This document shows positions 31,316-41,886 of a stretch of 64,000 bases of DNA, in pieces. Both the position numbers and the translations under genes were made by a program. Position 1 is the first letter of the stretch; each line of letters starts with the position of its first letter. This DNA is from Chrysochromulina tobinii (lineage: Eukaryota): contig JWZX01003385.1 of NCBI GenBank assembly GCA_001275005.1, positions 1 through 64,000 of the forward strand. Direction: 5' to 3'. The notes below the pieces were generated by a model. The model saw nothing but the letters and a program-made list of their open reading frames with translations. It was not told the DNA's origin and made no database searches.

Positions 31316-32787
31316 TCACCACCCCTTGCAGATGCGCCATGTATCGATGATCGTGCGGTCGGTCGGCTCGGCGACGACGTACACGTGCTGGTGCTGGTGC
31401 GTCGCGGCGCACGAGTGGTGCGGCGCGATGGCGAGCAGGCTACCAATCGGGTACCGAGCGTACTCGAGAGGAGCGCCATCCGCCGTGCTCACCTCACCGC
31501 ACTCCTGCTTGAGATTGGAGATGCAATTAGGGAGGCAATCAGGGAGGCAATCAGGGATCATCATCTCACCTGCTTGAGATTGGAGATGCGTAGCTCGGGG
31601 TGCTCGGGGAACCCGCCGTAGCCGGTGGCAGCGCCCTGTCAGAGGTCATTAGGGGCCATTAGAGGTCAGTCCAGCCGTCCGAGGTCATTCGAGGCCATTA
31701 GAGGTCATTCGACGCAATCAGAAGCGATTCGCACTCGGGTGGAGCATCCTGTCATTAGAGCCATTAGAGGTCATTCGAGGCAATCAGAGGCGATTCGCAC
31801 TTGGGCGGAGCATCCTGTCATTAGAGCCATTAGAGGTCATTAGAGGCAATCAGAGGCGATTCGCACTTGGGCGGAGCATCCTGTCCAGCCACAGTCGATG
31901 AGGAGGGTGTTCGAGGACGGGTAGTGACCAACGACGCGAGTGAGGACCCTGACTGCCACGTCGCGCACCGCACACGTGCCGAGCGCCACTTGCGTCATGT
32001 CATAGTACAGAAAGTTGCCCGGGTGCATCTCGTCGATCCCATCGAGGTGACTCGGGGCAAGGCTGCACGTGGGAGTAGACCCAACTCCCGCCCTTGGCAC
32101 ATTGAGGCCGATGGAACGCAGCTTGGTCGCGAAGCCCACGGTGACGTCGCGCTCCTGCTCGGCAATGCGCACGATCTCGGCCGCGTTCGCCGCGTCATAC
32201 GAGTGGCCGCCATGCGTGTAGATGCCCGCGAGCGTCGTCACGCCGCTCTCCGCGAGCATGTGCACCAGCGCCACACTCGACGGATCGTTGGGATCGCAGC
32301 CATCGCGGTGGTACCCGCAGTCGACGCCCACGAAGACGCTGAGCGGGCGCGCGAGCATCTGCTCACGCACCTCGGGCCGTGACAAGCGCGCGATCAGAGC
32401 GGCCGCCTGCTCAGCGTGGTCTATCATCACGTGAAATTGTGCAAGCCCAGCGTGCAGCTTCTCCACGTCGTCCACCTTGTCGGCGGTGAGTGGCACCGCG
32501 TAGAGGATGTCATCGAAGCCAGCATCCGCAAAAAACTTGGCCTCAGCAATCGTGGAGACGGTCACACGCCGGCGCGTCCCGCCAGTTGCAATCACCCCTG
32601 CTTCAACCGTCTTGCAAGTTTTCAGGTGCGGCCGCAAGGAGCAGCCTAGTTCCTCTGCGCGCACTCGCATTCGTGCCGCGTTCGCTTCCAGCGTAGAGCG
32701 ATAGCACACTAGCGCAGGCGTCCTAACGTCGTCGAGCGTTAGTGCCTTGATAACGACGAGAGTCGAGAAGATGAAAGCAAGCAGCAT
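31316..32787 (-). CDS. D-serine dehydratase / D-threonine aldolase-like PLP enzyme (alanine racemase fold), 3 exons
   Basis: TPALV, LRPHLKTCK (PLP lysine), DCGYHRDG, YTHGGHSY, GSTPT, EMHPGNFLYYD, KQ|ECG, PHHSC, W...KGW; introns 31636-31866 and 31505-31569. Confidence 0.85.
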
Positions 32788-32895
32788 GTTCGGCCAAAGC
32801 AGCACAAGCGCTTCGAGGGTTTGTGAATTCACAGTCCACCTCAAGCGCCGTTACGGGCACATCTGCGTCACACCAAAACACCGCGGCAACTGCCA

Positions 32896-34740
32896 CTACC
32901 GTACCGCATCCGATGCCATGTGCGAGGCGAGCTTGGGATCCACGAAGCCGTGCATGCACGCCATCAGCTCATCCGCTGTGGCCTCCTCCTGAGCCGTCTG
33001 CAGGGCCTGTAGGGCTGCCTCCGCCGAGGGGTGCTCGCTGAGCAAGAGCCACGGCCTCGAGCGGAAGCACTCGACGAACGCCACGCAAAAGTGCGCCCAG
33101 CGCACGATGAGCGTTGCGTCGAGCGATCCGTGGAATCGACGAAACTCAAGGGTGCCGTGCTTGCGGATCGCCATCAGGTTGATCGAGCACTGGCGTGTCA
33201 GTGCCTCTGCGGGGCTACTCAGTCCAAAGAGGCGTCCGATCTTGTGCTGCTCCGAGAGCTCCTCGAAGCCGTCCGCGTGCACCACCGTCCACACCGCGCG
33301 CACGAAGCTCGGCACATCGTATCTCGCTCGCATCTCGGCATCTGAGATCATCTCCGGGTTCATCTCCGGGGCCTCTGCTGCAGCATCGCCCGCAACGGCG
33401 CTCGCACTTGTGGCAGGCCTCGGACCCTCTGCGGCAGAGTTGCCACTGGAAGGCATCCCGATGTCTCCAGCGTAGACCCATGGGTCCTCGAGCGAGCCCA
33501 TCTCTGCACCCGTCGCGAGCAGCGGCGCGCACGAAGGCTCGCTCCACATCCACGAGCGAGCAAACCGGAGCGTCACCTGATCGAAGCGGATCCACGCGAA
33601 CAGCACGCCGAGCAGCTCCACGGCGCTCAGAAGGGTGCCTCCCGCAGCGGGGTTGCGCACATTGACGTGGACGTGGATCGCTGTTGCGGAATGGCCCACG
33701 GCCGAGATCGAGGTCGCCGCTGCACCCGTCGAAGCAAGGGCCCCGCTCACAAATGCGGCAATCTCGAGGGCTGCGTCGGCCACAAAGCGCAGCTCGTGGG
33801 GCGGCGACGGCGATTGGAATTCGGACTTCATGATCGCGCCGCGCCGTAACAGCATGTGCAGGCTGCGCATTCGCGCATCGGCTCGAACGCGTGGATCGCT
33901 GATGGTGTTGAGGCCTTCGGTCGCCTCCAGCATGCGCTCCGCCAACCCCTCGGGCGTCGCTAAGATGGCTGGATCTATGGTAGCGGTCCAGGCCTCGCAG
34001 CGCCGCAGCGCAGAGCGCAGTGGCTCAAGGGAAGCATGCCCGTCAGGTGCTCCGGCGGTCGGTTCAAGCAAATGGTGGAGCGCCGCACGCATCTGCGCGA
34101 CCTTGAGAGAGTTGCCAATCGCATCACGCGCAGCCTCCGTGAGGTACTCGAGCTCAAGACCGAAGCCTCGCGCGAGCGTGGCCGGGTGCGCGGGCAGTGG
34201 AGGCGCGCGGGCCTCGGCGGATTGGATGTGCGAGAGGAGGCTCCACGCGTCCATGGGCGAGCAGAGCACGGGATCAAAGGTGGCGGACTCTGCCATTGAA
34301 ATCGAAGTGGACGGCTTGGCACCCAACGGTGGCAGCACTAGCCCGTGCAAACTGGCGCCGGCTGTCGGTGGCGCCAGCACATGGAGCCAGCGAGAGCCAC
34401 CGTGCCATCGCAACTCGGCCAGGTACGAAGTTCCTGCGCATGCACCATGCCGACCAAACTTTACGCTAAGAGGTTGCGAGCACTCGCCGGTCACACCTGA
34501 CACCTCCTTGCCGAGTAAGCGAATGGTAAGCCGGCACGAGCCGTGCCAACGAACGGCGGATCCCCACTCGACCCAAACGGCCATTTCAGGAGCATTGAGT
34601 AAAGCACTCCGCGCATCAGTTGGGAGCAGTTCCTGCTGCATGGACAGAGCTTGCGGGCACGAGCATCGAAGGAATGGTGCGCCATCGTAAAAGTTTGAGC
34701 AGATATCGCCGACACGGTTAGCTGGCAGGTCGTCGTTCAT
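32896..34740 (-). CDS. Putative amidoligase (COOH-NH2 ligase, Amidoligase_2-like)
   Basis: Motifs FGLELEY, EFQSP, IHVHVN, SINL...HGTLEFRRFHGSLD, W..FC..FV. Confidence 0.75.
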   Translation of the reverse strand: MNDDLPANRVGDICSNFYDGAPFLRCSCPQALSMQQELLPTDARSALLNAPEMAVWVEWGSAVRWHGSCRLTIRLLGKEVSGVTGECSQPLSVKFGRHGACAGTSYLAELRWHGGSRWLHVLAPPTAGASLHGLVLPPLGAKPSTSISMAESATFDPVLCSPMDAWSLLSHIQSAEARAPPLPAHPATLARGFGLELEYLTEAARDAIGNSLKVAQMRAALHHLLEPTAGAPDGHASLEPLRSALRRCEAWTATIDPAILATPEGLAERMLEATEGLNTISDPRVRADARMRSLHMLLRRGAIMKSEFQSPSPPHELRFVADAALEIAAFVSGALASTGAAATSISAVGHSATAIHVHVNVRNPAAGGTLLSAVELLGVLFAWIRFDQVTLRFARSWMWSEPSCAPLLATGAEMGSLEDPWVYAGDIGMPSSGNSAAEGPRPATSASAVAGDAAAEAPEMNPEMISDAEMRARYDVPSFVRAVWTVVHADGFEELSEQHKIGRLFGLSSPAEALTRQCSINLMAIRKHGTLEFRRFHGSLDATLIVRWAHFCVAFVECFRSRPWLLLSEHPSAEAALQALQTAQEEATADELMACMHGFVDPKLASHMASDAVR

Positions 34741-34905
34741 ATTGAGAGTATGGCTGTCGGTCGGTCAAGAGGTCAAGGAGCGCGTGTGTCGCGTCGGCCC
34801 TTCATTTTGCGTTGCGACGATTCCTCCATAAGGCAAGTCGATCCATTTGGCCTTCACAGTCTGTCCGATGCGGATGCTCAGACAAGGACTTCATGATGTG
34901 TCGAG

Positions 34906-37290
34906 ATGGCGGCAAAGGAGCGGTTATTCTTTCCGAACTCTTGTAACGTCATGTCGGCTGGACCCTCTCCTCTGCCCACTCTCGCGGAGAGCGGGGTTCG
35001 GGTTCGGGTGACATCAGATAGCGCACAGGAGACGTCTGCCAGGGAAGTATCGGAGTTGCCATCGCCGCATTTCGGGTGGAAACTGCTCCGCGCGAATTTC
35101 GATGAGGATGAGCTCGCGGCGTCCTGGTCAGAAGTGATGACGAGTGCCCGGGATGCAGCAGCAGCCGCGCGTGCAGCCGCCGCGGCGGCGGCAAAGCGAC
35201 CGCCGCCGCCGCCGCCAAAGCTGTCGGCACTGCCTGCGAGCCTTTCACCTCCAAAAGGGGTTCCCTTGACCCACGCTGTGCCTGCTGCCGATGAGTCAAC
35301 GGACGTGTCGCACTGGAAGTGGGCTTTCAAGGCGCTCGAGCAGCGCAACCGTGAGCTCCTGAGCGAGAACACGGCCCTGCACGCGAAGAACAAGGAGCTC
35401 GAGAAGCAGTCGAGCTTGGTGCAAGCAGCGCTGAACGCTGCGGTCGAGGCGAAGCTGCCTGCGCAACGAAGTGGTGGAGTCCTATCGCCACGCCGGCCAT
35501 CCGTCGCATTCCTTACGGATGGCGCCAGCCCCGGCGCTGAGTCGCCTCGTGTCGTCATCGTCGTCGGTGGCGGCGGCAGCGGCGGCGGCGGCGGCGGCGG
35601 CAGCGGCGGCAGCTTTGCCACCCCGGGCGGCGCAGCCTCGCGCGCGGCGCGGGCGGCGCGCGCGCTGCCAGCACTACCAGAGCCGGGATCGGGCAGCCGG
35701 GCAGCCGGGTACGCGGCCAGACACGCCGGGCAGAAAGCCTCGCCGTCGCCGCCGCCGCCGTCGCAGAAGAAGCCAGAAGAAGGCGCAGCTTCCATACCGG
35801 TAGCTACTAGGGCTCGGTATGGTGGCAGAGCGAAGGAAGACATGGGAGGAGGAGGAGGAGGTGGATTGCCTCCGCTGCCGACGCCGGGTCGCGGGCGGCG
35901 GGGCGCGCCCGAACCTGTCGGGCCATCTAAGGATGCTCGTGCGCGCGCGTATGCTGCCAAGCAGCGCGAGCTTCTACGATGGCGCGCCGAGAGGCATGCT
36001 CGCGTGCAGCTGGACGAGGAAGGGGACGAAGCCAACGACGCCGCTCATCAGGCCGATGACGAGGCCGGCTCGCCGAGTCCAAAGCTCAGCGTGCCGCGCC
36101 GGCGACAGCAGCCTCGGCCGTTGCAGGCGGTCACCGGGGCGCAGCCGGGAGAGTCGCAGGCGCCGGCGCCACCGCCTCCGCCAGCGCCGAGGTCCGAAGC
36201 ACCGGCCCGTCGATACATTCCACCGCCCGAGGGTCGTAAGCCGAAGCCAAAGCCCGTCGCCGCACCCGAGCCTGCGGATACCTTCGTCGATGACTCAACG
36301 CTCTCATTCGACGAGTTCACTGCGCTCGTGGCCACCCTCGAGCCCAAGCGCGACTTTTCCGACGCGGACCTCTCGCGTCGGTTTGATGAGCTCAAGCCGA
36401 GTGCAGACGGGCGCGTGTTTGCGCAGGACGTGCGACTCACCTTGCTCTGGGAGGCATTGTCGCGCAAGGCCGGGCGCGTGATCGACCTCTTCCGAAAATG
36501 GGACGACGACGGCTCGGGTAGCGTCGATGCAGACGAGTTCGGACGCGCACTCTCGCAGCTTGGATTCGTATTCTCGTCCAGGGACACCGCATTCATCTTT
36601 GAGCACCTCGACGTCGACGGCTCGGGAACGGTCGACTACAACGAGCTCAACTCGCGGCTGCGCCCAAAGACGATGGCCCGGCAACTGTACAAGCTGCGCA
36701 CCGACGCGAGTCTCAAGCGCGGCGCCGCGCGCATGAACCTTCAGGGCGGCAAGCAGACTTTGGACCTGTCGCCGGGCGCGCCTCCCGTGCAGGAACAGAT
36801 CCAGGCGATCATCATGGCCAATCGGCTGCGCATCCTCGATACCTTTCGTATGTGGGACGTGGACGGAGACGGCGCCATCTCTTGCGAGGAATTTGCCGAC
36901 GCCTTCGCTGCCCTCGGCTACGCCGCGGCGCGTGCGGACCTCGATGCGGTCTTCGACCGCTTTGATCAGGACGGCTCTGGGCGTGTGGACTACCTTGAGA
37001 TGTCCGCGCAGCTCCGTCCAGGTAAGCGCCACCACAACGCGCCACGACCACAACGACCACCAGCCGCCACGCCCGCCGCCACGCCCGCCGCAGCGCCTGC
37101 CGCAGCGCCTGCCGCAGCGCCCGCCGCTGGCCCCGCCGCTGGCGCCGTCACTGGCGAAAGTTGTAGCTCTCCGCAGAACGCGGCGGCGGCAGACCAGGCA
37201 AGCACCGAGGCCGCTGCAACCGACGGGCTACCTGCCGTAGACGCCTCGGCTGAGGCGCCGCCCGAGGCTGCGGAAGCGCTGCTTGAATGA
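34906..37290 (+). CDS. Coiled-coil plus multi-EF-hand calcium-binding protein
   Basis: EF loops DDDGSGSVDADE, DVDGSGTVDYNE, DVDGDGAISCEE, DQDGSGRVDYLE. Confidence 0.85.
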   Translation: MAAKERLFFPNSCNVMSAGPSPLPTLAESGVRVRVTSDSAQETSAREVSELPSPHFGWKLLRANFDEDELAASWSEVMTSARDAAAAARAAAAAAAKRPPPPPPKLSALPASLSPPKGVPLTHAVPAADESTDVSHWKWAFKALEQRNRELLSENTALHAKNKELEKQSSLVQAALNAAVEAKLPAQRSGGVLSPRRPSVAFLTDGASPGAESPRVVIVVGGGGSGGGGGGGSGGSFATPGGAASRAARAARALPALPEPGSGSRAAGYAARHAGQKASPSPPPPSQKKPEEGAASIPVATRARYGGRAKEDMGGGGGGGLPPLPTPGRGRRGAPEPVGPSKDARARAYAAKQRELLRWRAERHARVQLDEEGDEANDAAHQADDEAGSPSPKLSVPRRRQQPRPLQAVTGAQPGESQAPAPPPPPAPRSEAPARRYIPPPEGRKPKPKPVAAPEPADTFVDDSTLSFDEFTALVATLEPKRDFSDADLSRRFDELKPSADGRVFAQDVRLTLLWEALSRKAGRVIDLFRKWDDDGSGSVDADEFGRALSQLGFVFSSRDTAFIFEHLDVDGSGTVDYNELNSRLRPKTMARQLYKLRTDASLKRGAARMNLQGGKQTLDLSPGAPPVQEQIQAIIMANRLRILDTFRMWDVDGDGAISCEEFADAFAALGYAAARADLDAVFDRFDQDGSGRVDYLEMSAQLRPGKRHHNAPRPQRPPAATPAATPAAAPAAAPAAAPAAGPAAGAVTGESCSSPQNAAAADQASTEAAATDGLPAVDASAEAPPEAAEALLE

Positions 37291-37709
37291 GTACGATCAC
37301 CATCGTGAGCGAGTTCGTCTCCGGCGGCTACAACTGCTGTGAACTGAAGTATCCCGAGCGTTCGAGGGCGAGGCTTTCCAGCGCCCATGCCGATAGTCGG
37401 TCAAAAGGTGTGCTTGTCGCGGCTGTGTGTTCGTACCGACCGTGAAGAGGCTCTAGTCGTCAGCAAAATATATCGTGAGGTTGGTGAGAATATTCAATAT
37501 ATCGGCGCATTTAATCAAACAGTCGTCGCGAGATACAGCCTAGGTGCGGTGGGACTCGAGTCTCGACAGTCGACTGTGTAGACAAGCATGAAGCAAGAAC
37601 CGGGTGGGCGGTGGCGGACCGACCGTCCGGAACTCCAGCTGCACCGCAGCAGCGCCAAACGGACCCGACCCTGTGCACCGACCCCATCAGAGGGTAACGG
37701 TCGGCTCCA

Positions 37710-39230
37710 TCATCGATCCGTAATGCCCATGAGCACGACGCCTTCCAACAGGCCCTCGGGCCTGCCCAGAGCCTCGCCGCCGCGGCGTCCACGTCCTTGA
37801 AAGTGGCCACGCGATGCTTGCTTATGGAACGAGCGTTGAAGCCGTGCTGCTGCTGCATGTGCCTCGATGCCATATGTGCTCTCTCCCGCAGCGTGCTCCT
37901 GCGCGTCGCGTCTGCCTAAGAGCTCCTGGAGCCACTCCCTCACCTCCCCTAACCAGCCAATCGTGCCCTCCATCTGCGCCGCGGGCTGCGCCTCGCGCAC
38001 GATGCGCTGAATCTCGACCATCTTGTGAGCCTCCTCGAGGTCCTCGCGCGAGACGATCGCTTGGATCTGGCTCTTGAGCTGCGGGTGCTCCCGCATGACC
38101 TGGATGAGCTCTGGCATGGGAAGCCCGGCGGCCTTGGGCTGCGTCGCTTTTGTGTGCGGAGTGTTCAGAAGCAATGGATTCTTGAGTATCTCCCGCGATG
38201 CTGGCCGCTGTGTACTGTCTTTCGTGACCATGGCGGCTAGTAGGCCGCATAGCTCGAAAGAGTAGTGGGTACGCAGTGATTGGAGGTCGAGTGGTTGTTT
38301 GCAGATCACGCGCATCAGGTTCATCACGTACGCTGCGCCCTTGGCCTTCACAGCCTGTGATGGAGACGTGCGGGCAATCAGTGAGGTTGAAACAAAGAGC
38401 CGTAGGTCAAGCGGGTCAGACGAGCCCAGCAGACGAGCGTGGCAGGGGAGCATGGCCGCGGGCATATATATATATGGGCTTGCCTGGTCTGTCCAGGGAG
38501 GCTTCAGTGCCATGACGTGGTACAATGTGCAGCCTAGCGCCCAGATGTCAGCGCCACGATCGTATGCAAGGCCCTGACAGAGCTCCGGGCTCATGTACAG
38601 CGGAGTGCCGCACTGAGTCTGCGCTTGCATGTGCGAGGCCGTCAGGGACTTTGACATGCCAAAGTCGCCGATCTTGATGTCGTCCTCCTGTGTTAGCAAG
38701 AGATTGGCTGGCTTTATGTCCCTGTGAAGCAGCTTCAGATGATGGTGACAATATTCGAGTGCAAGAAGGCTCTGTGCAGCCCACTTGAGGACCACGAGCT
38801 CTGGAAAAGGGCATGCTGGGCGGATTTTTGCTTGTCGCTTTATCCGAGTGTCAAGGTCGCCACCTTCAGCAAACTCCATGAACATGTATAGCGACAAAGT
38901 AGACTCCTCGAGGTAGGATGCATGGTACTCGATGAGATGGGGGTGGTGCAGCTTCTTCAGGCAGTTGATTTCTTCAACCTGACGAACAGCTGCACTGATG
39001 CTTAGCCCGCGACACGGCACCTCCTTCATCACGAGCTTCTTGCCAGTCATGCGATGGACCACGAGGAAGACCGTCCCAAACGATCCCGCTCCGAGTTTCT
39101 TCAACTTCTTGTACGCCTTGGCATTTTCTGGCTCATCGTGAACGGGTGAGGTTTGGCTCTCTGGCAACTGGACGAACGCTGGCGCATCGAAGGACACCTG
39201 GCGCGGTGGCGCCGCTGGCTGTCGTCGCAT
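37710..39230 (-). CDS. NIMA-related (NEK) Ser/Thr kinase with C-terminal IQ-like motif
   Basis: GAGSFG, VMKE, HRDIKPAN, DFG, GTPLYMSPE, DIWALG; probable in-frame GC-AG intron 38355-38483. Confidence 0.9.
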   Translation of the reverse strand: MRRQPAAPPRQVSFDAPAFVQLPESQTSPVHDEPENAKAYKKLKKLGAGSFGTVFLVVHRMTGKKLVMKEVPCRGLSISAAVRQVEEINCLKKLHHPHLIEYHASYLEESTLSLYMFMEFAEGGDLDTRIKRQAKIRPACPFPELVVLKWAAQSLLALEYCHHHLKLLHRDIKPANLLLTQEDDIKIGDFGMSKSLTASHMQAQTQCGTPLYMSPELCQGLAYDRGADIWALGCTLYHVMALKPPWTDQASPYIYMPAAMLPCHARLLGSSDPLDLRLFVSTSLIARTSPSQAVKAKGAAYVMNLMRVICKQPLDLQSLRTHYSFELCGLLAAMVTKDSTQRPASREILKNPLLLNTPHTKATQPKAAGLPMPELIQVMREHPQLKSQIQAIVSREDLEEAHKMVEIQRIVREAQPAAQMEGTIGWLGEVREWLQELLGRRDAQEHAAGESTYGIEAHAAAARLQRSFHKQASRGHFQGRGRRGGEALGRPEGLLEGVVLMGITDR

Positions 39231-39389
39231 AGCAGAAGGGTTGCCGTGCGTCTCCCTGCAACACGGTGCTCGCTTTTCCTGAAAACCTTGGAGAACCTAA
39301 CTTCATGTTTCACCACGTTCGTTGGCCGCGTCATCTTTTACAGCGGTCTTTCCTGAAGGGGAATTCGAGACCGGTTTCTTCTTATCAAC

Positions 39390-41159
39390 ATGTGGGCCCT
39401 CTTGATAGGACTAGGACTGCTCGCTTTGATCACGGTGCTCGCAGTTTTCGGCGTCGTACATCGGCGCTCATCAGCTATCCGCCGCCGTGAAGATCTGAGG
39501 CCCCTCCACCCGAACGGGTCCTTCTCGCTCCGCCGCGCCTTTGGCGTCCTCCTGCAGAGCTCCGGCCGCAGGAGCACTCGCCGGACCCATCCGCCGTGGT
39601 ATGCTGCGCCGTCGCGTGGCCCGGGCCGCATCGTGCGCACCTCGAGTACCCTCTCGTTGAAGGACATCGATAATGTAGCGGCAGACGACAGCTCCGACGA
39701 TGGTATCAACTCCGATGTCGAGGACGCACGCGACATCGAGGACTCGTTCGGCGTGCCCCCATCCGCGAACGACGAACCGTGCGCGCCTTCGCGCGGCGAC
39801 GCGCTGCTGTGCGCGGTGCCTCCGGAACTCTGGGTTGACGTGCTCTGCGCCGCGGGCCCGCACGCGGTCCGCGCCCTGCGCGTCACGTGCCGGCAGATGC
39901 ACAGCCATCTCGACGGCGCATGCTTTTGGCAGTCGCTGTGCAAGCGCGTCTTCGCGCCGTGGGCGGTGGCGCTGCAGCCCACCTCGCTCGGCTGGGAGCT
40001 GGCGGCGCGCCCGGGCGGCTCCTTTTTCAGCGCTCCCCAGCACAACCTGGGCCGCGCATGGCGGCTTCGGTACCTCACGTGCTGCCGTGATCACCACACG
40101 CTGCGTCAGGCGGCCAGTCATGTGGGCTACCGGCCGCCTCCACCGCCCGCACCGGTGGCGCGCCGGCGCCCGCCCGCGCCGCCGCCGCCGCCGCCGCCGG
40201 ACGCATTCGCGGATGGAGCGGCAGCCAACGGCTCGAGCGGAGATGAAACAACTGATGAGACCGAAGAGGGGCCTCGTCCAACTGCCGCCGGCTCGGGCGC
40301 GGCCGCCTCGTGTGTCGCGATCGACCTCGAGTCGAGTGGCGGGCTGCCGAGCGATGAGACGGAGGACGAGGCGGTGGGCCGCGGCGGCGGCGGTGACGAG
40401 GCGTCCGAGGTGGCGGCCCTGGCGGCGGCAGCCTCGAGATCTGAGCTCGACCTCGAGATCTCGATCTCGCCCACCGAGCTCGCCGAGCTCGGTGCGTCCA
40501 CGGCGTCTCTTCACACCATGACGTCTCTTCACACCATCGGCGACGAGCCATCGACCATCTCGAGCTACCTGCCGCACCTGTTGCTCATGGCGTGCCACGC
40601 AGCGGAGTTGCCCTCATTACGGCAGTCGTGGGGAGGGCGAGGGCCCTCAGCGGCACAGGTGGCTCGTGCCCTGATGCGAGAGCAGCAGCCGCGTATCGAG
40701 ACGCTCGTGGCGCTCGTGGCACGCTCGTGCCGCACGCAGCGCCGCCTCGTCCCAGTCTGGCGACGGGCGCGCGTCGATGAGCTACCGGAGATTCCGCTGC
40801 CCGACGGCAGCGGCGGCGGCGGCAGCGGCGGCAGCGGCGGCGGCGAGGACGAGGACGAGGATGAGGACGGTGGCAGCGGCCGCATCGGCAGCGGCCGCAT
40901 CGGCAGCGGCGCTGGCGGCAGGTGCGCCACGCGCAGCGGCCGCGTGCGACAACTCCTTAGCTTGCTCGCGCACGCGGGGGCGGGGCCGCCCGAGTGCTGG
41001 GTGGCGCACCTCGCCAAGGGCGGCGGCCAGGGCGCGGGCGCCGATGGGCTGCTTCCGTCCACGGCAGTCGCGCGCACGACTTGCTGGATGCTCGTCGTGT
41101 CGACGAGCCGCCATGCCGTGTGGCTCGACTTCCTCATGCTGAGGCAGGAGGGCTGGTAG
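39390..41159 (+). CDS. N-terminally membrane-anchored protein with an F-box-like segment
   Basis: Hydrophobic N-terminus; LLCAVPPELWVDVL...LRVTCRQMH...FWQSLC resembles an F-box. Confidence 0.55.
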   Translation: MWALLIGLGLLALITVLAVFGVVHRRSSAIRRREDLRPLHPNGSFSLRRAFGVLLQSSGRRSTRRTHPPWYAAPSRGPGRIVRTSSTLSLKDIDNVAADDSSDDGINSDVEDARDIEDSFGVPPSANDEPCAPSRGDALLCAVPPELWVDVLCAAGPHAVRALRVTCRQMHSHLDGACFWQSLCKRVFAPWAVALQPTSLGWELAARPGGSFFSAPQHNLGRAWRLRYLTCCRDHHTLRQAASHVGYRPPPPPAPVARRRPPAPPPPPPPDAFADGAAANGSSGDETTDETEEGPRPTAAGSGAAASCVAIDLESSGGLPSDETEDEAVGRGGGGDEASEVAALAAAASRSELDLEISISPTELAELGASTASLHTMTSLHTIGDEPSTISSYLPHLLLMACHAAELPSLRQSWGGRGPSAAQVARALMREQQPRIETLVALVARSCRTQRRLVPVWRRARVDELPEIPLPDGSGGGGSGGSGGGEDEDEDEDGGSGRIGSGRIGSGAGGRCATRSGRVRQLLSLLAHAGAGPPECWVAHLAKGGGQGAGADGLLPSTAVARTTCWMLVVSTSRHAVWLDFLMLRQEGW

Positions 41160-41353
41160 GTAGGCTTCTCAGATTTCTTGAAAGTGCGCATGGTACTTAG
41201 TTAAGTGAAAAGTATAGCGGGTCCTCACCAGATCCGCCCAATGCTCCGCTGATAAGCGCCTGCGACGCGCTCAACGCGGCGCCCAAGTTGGCGCGGCAGC
41301 GGGAAGGTCCATTGCGAGTCGCTTACCACGTGGTGGAGACGGCGCCGAGCGCG

Positions 41354-41844
41354 ATGTCAAAGACTGCTGAGGACCACAAGGCGGATGGCAACAAAGCCTT
41401 CCGCGGGGGTGAGTACGCCGAGGCTGTGCGCAGCTTCACCGAGTCGCTGCGGCTCAACCCGCATGATGCCCTCGTTCTCGGCAACCGCGCTGCAGCTTTC
41501 GACAAGCTGGGCGAGCATGAGCGCGCGATCACGGACTCGATGGCGTCGCTCCGGATCGACCCAACATATCTCAAAGGCTATTTTAGGTTGGCGACGGCGT
41601 ACATCGCCGTCAACCGGCCGCGCGAGGCGCTCGAAGCGGTGAAGCAGGGTCTCATGATCCAGCGCACCAATAGCCAGCTGAGGCAGCTTGAAGAGCAGGC
41701 GACAGCGATGATCGCAGCGCAGGATGGGGCAGAGGAAGACGGCGAGGTGGACGAGGAGGATGACGAGGACGAGGACGAAGACGAGGACGACGAGGACGAC
41801 GAGGACGACGAGGACGACGACGACGACGACGATGAGGGGTATCT

Positions 41845-41886
<42 letters not shown>

